Below, in pieces: positions 28,223 to 41,700 of a DNA stretch of 64,000 nucleotides. The notes below the pieces were generated by a model. The model did not search any database and had not been told where the DNA came from. It worked only from the letters and a program-made list of their open reading frames with translations. Source of the stretch: Eledone cirrhosa (lineage: Eukaryota); the NCBI GenBank assembly GCA_964016885.1, contig OZ024744.1, forward strand, positions 39,246,001 through 39,310,000. Reading direction: 5' to 3'. The translations under genes were made by a program, and so were the position numbers. How positions within the stretch are numbered: position 1 is the first letter of the stretch; the number at the start of each line of letters is the position of its first letter.

Positions 28223-29085
28223 TCATCATCATCATCATCATCATTTTACGTCCGCTTTTCCCTGCTTGCAAGGGAGGGACGGGTCCTATTCAGCACAGCA
28301 TCTCTCCACTTGTCACGGTCCTTCGTCATCTCCTCCATGAGCTTCAGCTATCAGAGGTCTGCTCTCACCACCTCCGCCCATGTTATTCGTGGTCTTCCTC
28401 TATTGGCATTTCTTGGCACTTCTTTACCATCACAATCTTCTCTACTGTACACTACAACTTATCCCTCTTATACACAGTTTCTCTCTCAACTCATCCATGC
28501 TTGGTCATTCATGTACATTGACATCACATATCCAATGGAGCGTGCTTGCTTCATTTCTCTTCAGCCGTTGCATATCCTCTGCAGTTGTTGCCCATGTTTC
28601 ACTACTATGCAGCATTGTGCACTTCACACAGGCATCATATAACCGGCCTTTCGTACTCAGGGAGAAACCATTCTTTGTCAACAGAGGAACCAGCTCCCTA
28701 AACTTCTTCCAACCCGTCCTTATTCTAGATACTATGGTCTTGAACACCCCCCTCCCATGCTAATCTGATCACCTAGGTACTGGAAGCTATCAACCTATGG
28801 AACCTACCTGCATTTGAAAAATGTGTCTATCAATGCGACTTCTACTGTCAAATTTCCCTATACATCTGCATACGTATTTTTCCCTACCTGTTAGTTTGCC
28901 TGCTATCCCACTACATCTCTTGTGTACCCAAGATCTGCATTGTGTACATTTTATGGAATTGATGCCTGTTCCATTTCTACATATTGAACATGGCCATTTC
29001 CCTGACGGAATCAGAGTTTTGTCCTCTTTTCTACTTATCAACACTTTTGTCTTAGCTAGGTTCACTTTTAGTGGCTTGACTTAAA
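28223..29085 (-). mobile_element. RTE-clade LINE 3' fragment (decayed) with (GAT)n tail
   Basis: Minus-strand peptides NLAKTKVL...GKWPCSICRNGTGINSIKCTQCRSWVHKRCSGI, SFQYLGDQIS and SRIRTGWKKFRELVPLLT...KGRLYDACV...LHSSETWA; (cat)7 at 28224-28243. Confidence 0.9.
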
Positions 29086-29486
29086 ATGATTGATAAAATA
29101 AATACTAAAGGTGATCAACTAAATCACTTAAAGGTGATGTCCCAACATAACCTCAGTCTAATGACTAAAATGAGAAATTTACTAAATATTACACTAGGGA
29201 TATACTAATTTACAGATTTATGAAGCAGGCAGTGAGCAAATTTAGACAAGATCTAAATCAAAATTTTAACAGAAAACTTATGAAATTGGTGGTAGCCCTT
29301 GAAAATGGGTGTCTGGTGAGATTTTTACGTAACAATTCATATGCATTAAGCAATTAAGAATAAATGTGGTCACTGTTAAGCTGGTGTGTGTTGACAGATG
29401 TTGTAGACATCAGCAACCTATGATTCAATCCCAGACAGTGTTGGAGAAGGCTCTTTGGTGTGCAAAACCCCAAGCCCAAGCCACTT

Positions 29487-29655
29487 CATGGTCCCAGTGG
29501 ACATAATAGAGAAAGCATTATCCCTGAGGATAGTGAAGGAAATGCATTGAAATAGCCATTCTAACTCACTAGGGCCAATCCTCTGGGTTGGAAATCTACC
29601 TCAATAGCAGTGAGTAGCGAGGTGGTACAGAGACCAAGAATGCCAGAAGTCTCCA
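29487..29655 (-). mobile_element. Second 3' fragment of CRE-type non-LTR retrotransposon
   Basis: Reverse complement tggagacttctggcattcttggtc...gataatgctttctctattatgtccactgggacc aligns with 4225-4399 and 57090-57256. Confidence 0.8.
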
Positions 29656-29799
29656 TATGAATTACATTAAACTTGTATAGAAATATTGTCCAAGCATCTG
29701 GTAGAATGTTCTTGCCGAAGCTCATGTCTAGTTTATTTTTAGCAGGTCAAGCATCTATGCCAAGTCTCCCTCCTTGACTCAGAAAAGCTATGATTAGGA

Positions 29800-29950
29800 T
29801 TTGCTGAGATCAGCTTAGTCTTTCATTCATTGGGGTTGATAAAATAAAGTACCTATTCAGGGTAGTGGGTTGGCAAAATTGTTAGTGTCTGACAAGATGC
29901 CTTGTGGTATTTGACCCTACTCTTTGTGTTCTGAGTTCAAATCCAGCTGT
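29800..29950 (+). mobile_element. Degenerate SINE fragments (49054 family)
   Basis: tttcattcattggggttgataaaataaagtacc and ctgagttcaaatcc (B-box-like). Confidence 0.6.
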
Positions 29951-30291
29951 GTCCTGCTTGGGTGGTATACTTAATTAATTACCCATTTTTAAGACCACCA
30001 CCTAGTTCTTGGTGGCATTTGTGGGAACCAATCTGTTGTAAGTACTTGAACCAGGCCCCCAGTTTGCAGACACTCTCCTCATACTCTTCCTCCCAATAGT
30101 CATGAAAACCCTGAAAAGGGTCACGACCACTTCTCTGACTAAAGAGTTAAAAAAAAAAAAAATTATTTTACAAAACTGTAATTCTTTAATATAGTCTTAT
30201 CTATTTTTGAGAGATAAGGTTATTAGGATTGAAATTTCCAATAATTTTAATTCTTTTTAGAAAGCAGGGAGGAGTTTGAGAGAGATTTGTT

Positions 30292-30582
30292 AAAAAGTTA
30301 AAGTATGTCCCAAACTGAGAGGCTCATCAGGCTGGAGTATATCCCAGTTTTATTGGTGTTAAGTGATTGAGAACACAATACTTGGCCGTGGACAGAATGG
30401 CAGTGCATCACAAGATTAACTCTCCCCAGCTAATGTTACTAATTTGGTTTTAGCCGAGTGAACTGAAGCAATAAGAAAAGAAGTGTTTCACTCAAAAATA
30501 TAATACACTATTTAGTCTGGGGATCAAACCGACAGCCTTTCAGTTGTTAACCTAGGATTCTAACCACCAGACCACGTGCCTT
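30292..30582 (-). mobile_element. tRNA-derived SINE (58027/59261 family)
   Basis: Reverse complement begins gaaggcacgtggtctggtggttagaatcc...ggtttgatcccc (A and B boxes); body matches 58027 and 59261. Confidence 0.75.
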
Positions 30583-31096
30583 CACCTACAGGGAGATTTG
30601 GCTTGCTACTAATTGTAGCTGGTCAAGCAGTTGAATAAAGGTTCCCCTCCCAACCCATTTGGCTAATCTTAGTTTACTTGTGTGGCATACTGCCTATAAC
30701 ATATATTGTTGCTATGACAACATCACATTGAACCAAGAGGATTAATGTCCTTGTTTAACAAGCAAGTCAAAATGAATACAGTATATTTCTAGAACAATCA
30801 GAACAGTCTAGGTCATTGAACATTTTGGATCTGACACAGACAAACAAAGAGAAGTTCATGCTTAATATAATTGAAATTATTGTAATGCTTCTCTGAAAAG
30901 ACTAGCAAATAGACATAGACCTAGCATGACTATGGGATTAAGTAGTTCACTTCACAACCACATGGTTTCAGGTTGTCACACTGCATGGTATCTTGGGTGT
31001 GTCTTATTTTATTTTTTACTTGGAAGGCCTGGAGGAAGGAGTAGTGCCCATGATCTTCAAAGGCCTTCTAATATAACATTGGGTTGACCAATACTT

Positions 31097-31318
31097 TGGA
31101 GCAACGTGAAATAAAGTTGCTCACAGTCAAGACAGCTGGAAAAAATGAGTTGTACCTGTAATTCAAAGGCCAGCCACGTCACCCATTGTGACATGCTGAA
31201 TCTCCCTGAGAACTACATTAAGGCTGCACAAGTCTGTGGAATGTTCGATCACTTGTATGTTAATTACATGAGCAGGCAGTTTCATTGATTGAATCAACTG
31301 GAACACTCATTGGAATTG
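31097..31318 (+). mobile_element. Dispersed SINE-like repeat fragment
   Basis: gttgtacctgtaattcaaagg...gaatctccctgagaactacattaagg...caactggaacactc; recognised only as resembling cephalopod interspersed repeats. Confidence 0.4.
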
Positions 31319-31361
31319 AGTGAGGTCCAAAAATACACACACACACATACATACACACAAT

Positions 31362-31975
31362 AGTTGTTACAAGAGAAAAGGAGATGCTCTGGAAAAGAGC
31401 AACTATAAGGGCATAAAACTAATGGACCAAGTTATGAAATTGACAGAACGAGTTCTAGCACAACTAATTAAGGAAAGAGTCAAATTAGAAGAGATGTACT
31501 TCAGTTTTGTGCCAGGGAGGAGTACAACAGATGTCTTCTTAGTGAGACAATTATAAGAAAAGTTCTGAGCTAAATGTAAACCACTATATCTAGCTTTTGT
31601 TGATCTGTCAACTGGTGATCCTTATGGAAACTAGATGTAAAAGTCTGAGAGCAGTACAGAGGAGCTGTCAGTAAAGTGAGAACAGGAAAGGTAAGATAGA
31701 CTGTATATGTAATAGATGTACAGGGATAGTTAGGTGTAGGAGCATAAATGATATGAACCTTTTCTAATCTCAAGAAGGCTCCAAAGAAGTGGTTAATAGC
31801 TACTGCTACTTAGGGGATCGAATTAGTGGGGGAGGGGGGATGTACCAAGAGCATAGTAGCTAGAATAAGGACAGGTTGGATGAAGTTTAGGGAGTTACTT
31901 CCTCAGTTGACAACAAAAGTCTTCTCTCTCCAAATATAAGTCCAGTTTTATGATGCCTGTGTGCAAGTGCAGAGG
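31362..31975 (+). mobile_element. RTE-clade LINE RT fragment (decayed, internally deleted)
   Basis: CYKRKGDALEKSNYKGIKLMDQVMKLTERVL...FVPGRSTTDVFLVRQL (RT domains 1-2), later IVARIRTGWMKFRELLPQL; same family as 28223-29085. Confidence 0.88.
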
Positions 31976-32504
31976 ATATGTGTTACCTTTGCCTTTCATC
32001 TTTTTGAGGTCAATAACAAAAAAAAGCAACCCATCTAACCCATGCTAACATGAAAAAGTAGCCGTTAAATGGTGTGATGATGATGATATATAGATATCAG
32101 TTTTTAGATTGCGTCCATGTTGAAGAGATTTAGTCAATCATATTGACATTAGTACATTTTTTTTTTTACTAATTTCTATTTGTTGAACTAAGTTATCAGA
32201 AATAAACAAACAATATTGGTTGTTAAGTATTGTAGGCATAAACATAGACACAGACAAACATACACATACATACATACATGCATGTGTGTCCCTACATATT
32301 TGTCTCATCTCTTTGCATTCAATGTAGCAAGTAGTGATTTTTATGTTCTGCATAAAGAGAGATCCTGCTGTTCAGCAGCCATATGATGATTTATACTTCC
32401 TCCAGATAAAGCAAGTGGCTGTTGGATTCAGAGTGTTATCTCAAAAACACCTGTCTAACTAATGTCAGCATGGAAAAAGTAATATAAAACTGATGAGGAT
32501 TGTG

Positions 32505-33013
32505 ATATGTATGTGTGTTGTGTGTCGTGTGTGTGTGTGTGTGTGAATGCATGTGTATATGGACATCTGAATATATATATGTGTGTATGTATATGTATGC
32601 ATATATATATGTGTATGTATATGTATGCATATATATATGTGTATGTATATGTATGCATATATATATGTGTATGTATATGTATGCATATATATATGTATAT
32701 GTATGCATATATATATGTGTATGTATGTGAATGCATATATATGTGTATATGTATGCATATGTGTACGTATATGTATGTATATATATGTATGTATATGTAT
32801 GTATATATGTGTATGTATATATGTGTATGTATATATATGTATGTATATGTATGTATATATGTGTATGTATATATGTGTATGTATATATGTGTATGTATGT
32901 ATGTCTATGTATGCATATATATGTATGTATATATGTGTATGTATGTATGTATGTGTATGTATGTGTATGTATATATATATGTATATGTATGTGTGTATTT
33001 ATATATTTATATA
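32505..33013. repeat. Compound TA/TG/TATG microsatellite with ~28-bp sub-period
   Basis: gtgtatgtatatgtatgcatatatatat reiterated; source of the YVCM and HTYI ORFs. Confidence 0.95.
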
Positions 33014-33253
33014 TGCAAGTGTGGAAAATGGATTTTAAATGATGATGATGTATTTATATATGTATATTCAACATTTTCTGCCCTACATTTAAGCTTTTAC
33101 CATTTTGATAGGAAATAAGAAAAAGTTTCAACTGTATGGTAGAAAATCCTTATAATATATATATATACATGTGTGTGTTTATCTTGGGTTTAATCAGAGG
33201 TAACCACAGTAAGTGAAGTAGTCAATACATTAGTAGAGTATATACAAAATTTT

Positions 33254-33369
33254 ATATGGAAATGGCTTCTACAGGATTGGAACTGTTTCATTCGTAGGAA
33301 ATCATCAGGAATTTCTGATGATTTCTTATGAATGACACAGTTCTAGTCCTGTTAAAGCCATTTCTATAT
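33254..33369. mobile_element. 116-bp near-perfect palindrome with a hammerhead-like core in each arm (PLE-like remnant)
   Basis: atatggaaatggcttctacaggattggaactgtttcattcgtaggaaatcatcagga / tttctgatgatttcttatgaatgacacagttctagtcctgttaaagccatttctatat. Confidence 0.7.
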
Positions 33370-33949
33370 ATATATTTATATATATACACTCAACTTTTTG
33401 TAAGTATAAAGTACTAAACTGAATAATGGTCTGATTTAAATAGTAACATCTCAAATACACACACATTGAATTCTTCATAATAAAATCTGTCAACTTCCTC
33501 ATTTGTCATCAAATATTCAAGACTTCAGTGAAAACATAATGGAGTTATTTTTAAGAAAAAGAAAGAGCAAAAACTAAATTAATTTAAATGAATTTACAAA
33601 TGCAGAAGCAGTATTATATTTACATTTGTGATTCTCTATACAATAATTAAATTTTGTCTGAATTTCGATAATATTATTTTGTATATATGTGTGTGTGTGA
33701 TAATTATATTTACTATGTATATATTTACATTAGATATATTTTTCTATACAGGATAATTTGATTTCGCATGTGTCTGTGTGTGTCTAAGTGTGTACATGTA
33801 CATGTGTCATCATCATCATCTTCGTTTAACGTCCATTTTCCATGCTAGCATGGGTTACACATATGCAAAAAGTAAATGAAAAAACCGGCACAGGGAAATG
33901 ATACAGTACAATGAAGATGCATATTAGTTCAATGCTTGATATAGTAGGA

Positions 33950-33995
33950 AAAGAGGTTTAATGTTTCGGGTGTTAGTCCTTCATCAGAAAATACA
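33950..33995 (-). ncRNA. Degenerate minimal type I hammerhead-ribozyme-like motif
   Basis: Minus strand ttttCTGATGAaggactaacacccGAAACattaaa. Confidence 0.45.
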
Positions 33996-34389
33996 ATGAG
34001 AGATAAAAGAAGAAAGATAGATGAGGGTAAGTAGAGGAAGTGAAAGAAAAAAAAGAAAATTGGAAGAAATGCATGTGCATGTTTAGTTAACCATTTTGGG
34101 GAAGAGCAGGTCAGAATGTATCTTGAATTCAGTGTTTTCAAATCAGCAGAGAGCTTGAACAAATATAACAAATTATTCTATCCGACACTTTAATATCTCT
34201 GCCAATTTGTTGCCTGTATGCATGTTTATGTAATAATATTTATATATCTAAGCATGTCTTCCTGTCATAAGTTACAAAATATCTACATGTGATGACTACC
34301 AAAAGGAAGTTAAAGTTGCTCTTAGTCATTGTGGAACCAGTACATGGACATTCATGAAACAAACAGAAAATAATTTTGATGGTTGCTAC

Positions 34390-34558
34390 CTGGGCCTATG
34401 AGAGGGTGGGGTGTTAAAGATGGCACTTTGTTCTAGGGCCCAACGGCTAAGAAGGCCCTACAGCAACCATGCAACATCCATTTTGAGAAAAATCTTTGCC
34501 TGCTTTGAGCCCCAAAGGGCTCTTGTACTGCCTTGCAAAATTTCTCTTGGAGGCCCTG
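34390..34558. mobile_element. hAT-like MITE
   Basis: Imperfect TIRs ctgggcctatgagag / ctcttggaggccctg; 8-bp TSD gttgctac (34382-34389) / tttgctac (34559-34566). Confidence 0.7.
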
Positions 34559-35149
34559 TTTGCTACATAAGAATGCTACATGTGGCTCTTCATGTGAAGT
34601 GGTAACAAGATGAGAAATGAATGCCTGTATGGAAACTTCCCCAAGATTCTGTCTAACAGGACATGGTACATGGAATGTCTAGGAACTTAATGTGGCAATG
34701 ATGAACGGGGCAGTATGGAATACAGACCTTGTTGCCTTCGCCTAACTAAATAATGTCTGTGTAAGTGTATATATTTTATATCTAAGTGGAACTTGGTTGA
34801 TGGAAGCTGTATGATAGCCCATTGTGTGTTTGTCTGGCTTGTCTTGTTGTCTCTCTATATCAAAAGTTTGTTAAATAGGGATCAACGAAATAAATACCTT
34901 AGAAGAATGAAAGACTTGAGAGTGTGCTGATGAAGTTCAAACATGTAGTAGCATGTTATTTTTTCTTAAAATAAAATTTCTTTGTTTAAAGCTTTTGTAT
35001 GAAACCATCACAATGAAAGAGTAATTTATAAATAAGGTAAATGAAAAGAAATGTTAGAACAATATATTGAGAAGGCTCTATGGTTTATAGTGAGTTATTA
35101 TTAATATACATGTACATAGGATTAGATAGTGACAGAGAAAGACACCATA

Positions 35150-35512
35150 TAACAATATACAGACTCTATACAATGCTATATACACCATATAGTGCTATAC
35201 CACACTATATAATTCACTACTCTATACAATTCTATATACTCAATATACAATACTATACTTACAATACAATGTTATACACAATATACACCGCTTTATACAC
35301 TATACTATGCCATACACACTTTACAATGCTATATATACACTATACAACACTATATACAAACTACACAACACTATATAACGCTATACATACTATACGAACC
35401 TATACACACTATATGATACTATACACGCACTTTACATGCTATATATACGCTATATAAAACTATATGATACTATACACACACTATACACACTTTTCAATAC
35501 TATACAACATTA
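35150..35512. repeat. Low-complexity TATACAC/TACAA-rich degenerate minisatellite
   Basis: Reiterated tatacac and tacaatgctata motifs; resembles the 59-bp repeat at 48811. Confidence 0.8.
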
Positions 35513-35711
35513 TGCACAAAAAGATGTGTCCCTTACTCTTATCAACATACCTGATTCTCTCCCTTATCTAACCTACACCAGCATGGAAAGCAAGGCATAC
35601 CTCACAATATACTTTCTTTAAGCCACCTCCATGACTTGACACTTCCTCCCCACTGAGGTAAACACCCCATTCCTATCAATGCCTCCCTGTGATAGTGTCA
35701 TGAAAAAAAGC

Positions 35712-38700
35712 AACCATGTCCCCAGTACACACTATAAAGTGGGTGGTGTTAGGAAGGACATCCAGTCATATAAACCATGTCCCCAGTTCACACTGTAATG
35801 TGGGTGGTGTTAGGAAGGACATCCAGTCATATAAACCATGTCCCCAGTACACACTGTAAAGTGGGTGGTGTTAGGAAAGACATCCAGGCATATAAACCAT
35901 GTCACCAGTACACACTATAAAGTGGGTGGTGTTAGGAAGGACATCCTGTCATATAAACCATGTCCCCAGTACACACTGTAAAGTGGGTGGTGTTAGGAAG
36001 GACATCCAGTCATATAAACCATGTCCCCAGTAAACACTGTAATGTGGGTGGTGTTAGGAAGGACATCCAGTCATATAAACCATGTCCCCAGTACACACTG
36101 TAATGTGGGTGGTGTTAGGAAGGACATCCAGTCATATAAACCATGTCCCCAGTACACACTATAAAGTGGGTGGTGTTAGGAAGGACATCCAGGCATATAA
36201 ACCATGTCCCCAGTACACACTATAAAGTGGGTGGTGTTAGGAAGGACATCCAATCATATAAACCATGTCCCCAGTACACACTATAATGTGGGTGGTGTTA
36301 GGAAGGACATCCAGGCATATAAACCATGTCACCAGTACACACTATAATGTGGGTGGTGTTAGGAAGGACATCCAGTCATATAAACCATGTCCCCAGTACA
36401 CACTGTAATGTGGGTGGTGTTAGGAAGGACATCCAGGCATATAAACCATGTCCCCAGTACACACTATTAAGTGGATGGTGTTAGGAAGGACATCCAGTCA
36501 TATAAACCATGTCACCAGTACACACTATAAAGTGGGTGGTGTTAGGAAGGACATCCAGGCATATAAACCATGTCACCAGTACACATTATAATGTGGGTGG
36601 TGTTAGGAAGGACATCCAGGCATATAAACCATGTCACCAGTACACACTGTAATGTGGTTGGCGTTAGGAAGGACATCCAGGCATATAAACCATGTCACCA
36701 GTACACACTGTAATGTGGTTGGCGTTAGCAAGGACATCCAGGCATATAAACCATGTCCCCAGTACACACTGTAATGTGGGTGGTGTTAGGAAGGACATCC
36801 AGTCATATAAACCATGTCCCCAGTACACACTATAATGTGGGTGGTGTTAGGAAGGACATCCAGTCATATAAACCATGTCCCCAGTACACACTGTAAAGTG
36901 GGTGGTGTTAGGAAGGACATCCAGTCATATAAACCATGTCCCCAGTACACACTATAATGTGGGTGGTGTTAGGAAGGACATCCAGGCATATAAACCATGT
37001 TCCCAGTACACACTATAAAGTGGGTGGTGTTAGGAAGGACATCCAGGCATATAAACCATGTCCCCAGTACACACTATGAAGTGGGTCGTGTTAGGAAGGA
37101 CATCCAGTCATATAAACCATGTCCCCAGTACACACTATAATGTGGGTGGTGTTAGGAAGGACATCCAGGCATATAAACCATGTCCCCAGTACACACTATG
37201 AAGTGGGTCGTGTTAGGAAGGACATCCAGTCATATAAACCATGTCCCCAGTACACACTATAAAGTGGGTGGTGTTAGGAAGGACATCCAGTCATATAAAC
37301 AATGTCCCCAGTACACACTGTAATGTGGGTGGTGTTAGGAAGGACATCCCATCATATAAACCATGTCCCCAGTACACACTATAAAGTGGGTGGTGTTAGG
37401 AAGGACATCCAGGCATATAAACCATGTCCCCAGTACACACTGTAATGTGGTTGGTGTTAGGAAGGACATCCAGTCATATAAACCATGTCCCCAGTACACA
37501 CTGTAATGTGGGTGGTGTTAGGAAGGACATCCAGTCATATAAACCATGTCCCCAGTACACACTGTAACGTGGGTGGTGTTAGGAAAGACATCCCATCGTA
37601 TAAACCATGTCCCCAGTACACACTATAAAGTGGGTGGTGTTAGGAAGGACATCCAGTCATATAAACCATGTCCCCAGTACACACTGTAATGTGGGTGGTG
37701 TTAGGAAGGACATCCAGGCATATAAACCATGTCACCGGTACACACTGTAAAGTGGGTGGTGTTAGGAAGGACATCCAGTCATATAAACCATGTCACCGGT
37801 ACACACTGTAAAGTGGGTGGTGTTAGGAAGGACATCCAGGCATATAAACCATGTCCCCAGTACACACTATAAAGTGGGTGGTGTTAGGAAGGACATCCAG
37901 TCATATAAACCATGTCCCAGTACACACTATAAAGTGGGTGGTGTTAGGAAGGACATCCAGTCATATAAACCATGTCCCCAGTACACACTGTAATGTGGTT
38001 GGTGTTAGGAAGGACATCCAGGCATATAAACCATGTCTCCAGTACACACTATAAAGTGGGTGGTGTTAGGAAGGACATCCTGTCATATAAACCATGTCCC
38101 CAGTACACACTAAAATGTGGGTGGTGTTAGGAAGGACATCCAGTCATATATACCATGTCACCAGTACACACTATAATGTGGGTGGTGTTAGGAAGGACAT
38201 CCAGCCATATAAACCATGTCACCAGTAGACACTGTAATGTGGGTGGTGTTAGGAAGGACATCCAGTCATATAAACCATGTCACCAGTACACACTATAATG
38301 TGGGTGGTGTTAGGAAGGACATCCAGTCATATAAACCATGTCCCCAGTACACACTGTAATGTGGGTGGTGTTAGGAAGGACATCCAGTCATATAAACCAT
38401 GTCCCCAGTACACACTATAAAGTGGGTGGTGTTAGGAAGGACATCCAGGCATATAAACCATGTCCCCAGTACACACTATAAAATGGGTGGTGTTAGGAAG
38501 GACATCCAGGCATATAAACCATGTCCCCAGTACACACTGTAACGTGGGTGGTGTTAGGAAGGACATCCAGGCATATAAACCATGTCCCCAGTACACACTG
38601 TAAAGTGGGTGGTGTTAGGAAGGACATCCAGTCATATAAACCATGTCACCAGTAGACACTATAAAGTGGGTGGTGTTAGGAAGGACATCCAGTCATATAA

Positions 38701-41700
38701 ACCATGTCCCCAGTACACACTATAAAGTGGGTGGTGTTAGGAAGGACATCCAGTCATATAAACCATGTCCCCAGTACACACTAAAATGTGGGTGGTGTTA
38801 AGAAGGACATCCAGTCATATAAACCATGTCCCCAGTACACACTAAAATGTGGGTGGTGTTAGGAAGGACATCCAGTCATATATACCATGTCACCAGTACA
38901 CACTATAATGTGGGTGGTGTTAGGAAGGACATCCAGCCATATAAACCATGTCACCAGTAGACACTGTAATGTGGGTGGTGTTAGGAAGGACATCCAGTCA
39001 TATAAACCATGTCACCAGTACACACTATAATGTGGGTGGTGTTAGGAAGGACATCCAGCCATATAAACCATGTCACCAGTACACACTGTAATGTGGTTGG
39101 TGTTAGGAAGGACATCCAGTCATATAAACCATGTCCCCAGTACACACTGTAATGTGGGTGGTGTTAGGAAGGACATCCAGTCATATAAACCATGTCCCCA
39201 GTACACACTATAATGTGGGTGGTGTTAGGAAGGACATCCAGGCATATAAACCATGTCCCCAGTACACACTATAAAATTGGTGGTGTTAGGAAGGACATCC
39301 AGTCATATAAACCATGTCCCCAATACACACTGTAAAGTGGTTGGTGTTAGGAAGGACATCCAGTCATATAAACCATGTCCCCAGTACACACTATAATGTG
39401 GGTGGTGTTAGGAAGGACATCCAGTCATATAAACCATGTCCCCAGTACACACTGTAATGTGGGTGGTGTTAGGAAGGACATCCAGGCATATAAACCATGT
39501 CCCCAGTACACACTATAAAGTGGGTGGTGTTAGGAAAGACATCCAGGCATATAAACCATGTCACCAGTACACACTATAAAGTGGATGGTGTTAGGAAGGA
39601 CATCCAGTCATATAAACCATGTCACCAGTACACACTGTAATGTGGTTGGTGTTACGAAGGACATCCAGTCATATAAACCATGTCCCCAGTACACACTATG
39701 AAGTGGGTGGTGTTAGGAAGGACATCCAACCATATAAACCATGTCCCCAGTACACACTATAATGTGGGTGGCGTTAGGAAGGACATCCAGCCATATAAAC
39801 TATGTCACCAGTACACACTATAATGTGGGTGGTGTTAGGAAGGACATCCAGTCATATAAACCATGTCGCCAGTACACACTGTAATGTGGTTGGTGTTAGG
39901 AAGGACATCCAGGCATATAAACCATGTCCCCAGTACACACTATAAAGTGGGTGGTGTTAGGAAGGACATCCAGTCATATAAACCTTGTCCCCAGTACACA
40001 CTGTAATGTGGTTGGTGTTAGGAAGGACATCCCATCATATAAACCATGTCCCCAGTACACACTATAAAGTGGGTGGTGTTAGGAAGGACATCCAGGCATA
40101 TAAACCATGTCACCAGTACACACTGTAATGTGGTTGGTGTTAGGAAGGACATCCAGGCATATAAACCATGTCACCAGTACACACTGTAATGTGGGTGGTG
40201 TTAGGAAGGACATCCCATCATATAAACCATGTCCCCAGTACACACTATAAAGTGGGTGGTGTTAGGAAGGACATCCAGTCATATAAACCATGTCCCCAGT
40301 ACACACTATAATGTGGGTGGTGTTAGGAAGGACATCCAGTCATATAAACCATGTCCCCAGTACACACAGTAATGTGGTTGGTGTTAGGAAGGACATCCAG
40401 TCGTATAAACCATGTCCCCAGTACACACTATAATGTGGGTGGTGTTAGGAAGGACATCCAGGCATATAAACCATGTCCCCAGTACACACTATAAAATGGG
40501 TGGTGTTAGGAAGGACATCCAGTCATATAAACCATGTCCCCAGTACACACTGTAATGTGGTTCGTGTTAGGAAGGACATCCAGTCATATAAACCATGTCC
40601 CCAGTACACACTATAATGTGGGTGGTGTTAGGAAGGACATCCAGTCATATAAACCATGTCCCCAGTACACACTGTAATGTGGGTGGTGTTAGGAAGGACA
40701 TCCAGGCATATAAACCATGTCCCCAGTACGCACTATAAAGTGGGTGGTGTTAGGAAAGACATCCAGTCATATAAACCATGTCACCAGTACACACTGTAAT
40801 GTGGTTGGTGTTAGGAAGGACATCCAGTCATATAAACCATGTCCCCAGTACACACTATGAAGTGGGTGGTGTTAGGAAGGACATCCAACCATATAAACCA
40901 TGTCCCCAGTACACACTATAATGTGGGTGGCGTTAGGAAGGACATCCAGCCATATAAACTATGTCACCAGTACACACTATAATGTGGGTGGCGTTAGGAA
41001 GGACATCCAACCATATAAACCATGTCACCAGTACACACTATAATGTGGGTGGTGTTAGGAAGGACATCCAGTCATATAAACCATGTCCCCAGTACACACT
41101 GTAATGTGGTTGGTGTTAGGAAGAACATCCAGGCATATAAACCATGTCCCCAGTACACACTATAAAGTGGGTGGTGTTAGGAAGGACATCCAGTCATATA
41201 AACCATGTCACCAGTACACACTGTAATGTGGTTGGTGTTAGGAAGGACATCCAGGCATATAAACCATGTCACCAGTACACTGTAATGTGGGTGGTGTTAG
41301 GAAGGACATCCCATCATATAAACCATGTCCCCAGTACACACTATAAAGTGGGCGGTGTTAGGAAGGACATCCAGGCATATAAACCATCTCACCAGTACAC
41401 ACTGTAATGTGGTTGGTGTTAGGAAGGACATCCCATCATATAAACCATGTCCCCAGTACACACTATAATGTGGGTGCTGTTAGGAAGGACATCCAGTCAT
41501 ATAAACCATGTCCCCAGTACACACTGTAATGTGGTTGGTGTTAGGAAGGACATCCAGTCATATAAACCATGTCCCCAGTACACACTATAATGTGGGTGGT
41601 GTTAGGAAGGACATCCAGTCATATAAACCATGTCACCAGTACACACTATAATGTGGGTGGTGTTAGGAAGGACATCCAGGCATATAAACCATGTCACCAG

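Noticed and set aside
32436-33118. YVCM and HTYI-rich ORFs
   Set aside because: Translations of a TA/TG microsatellite.
34920-34955. tgCTGATGAagttcaaacatgtagtagca as another hammerhead
   Set aside because: Lacks GAAA and convincing stems; too degenerate to support.
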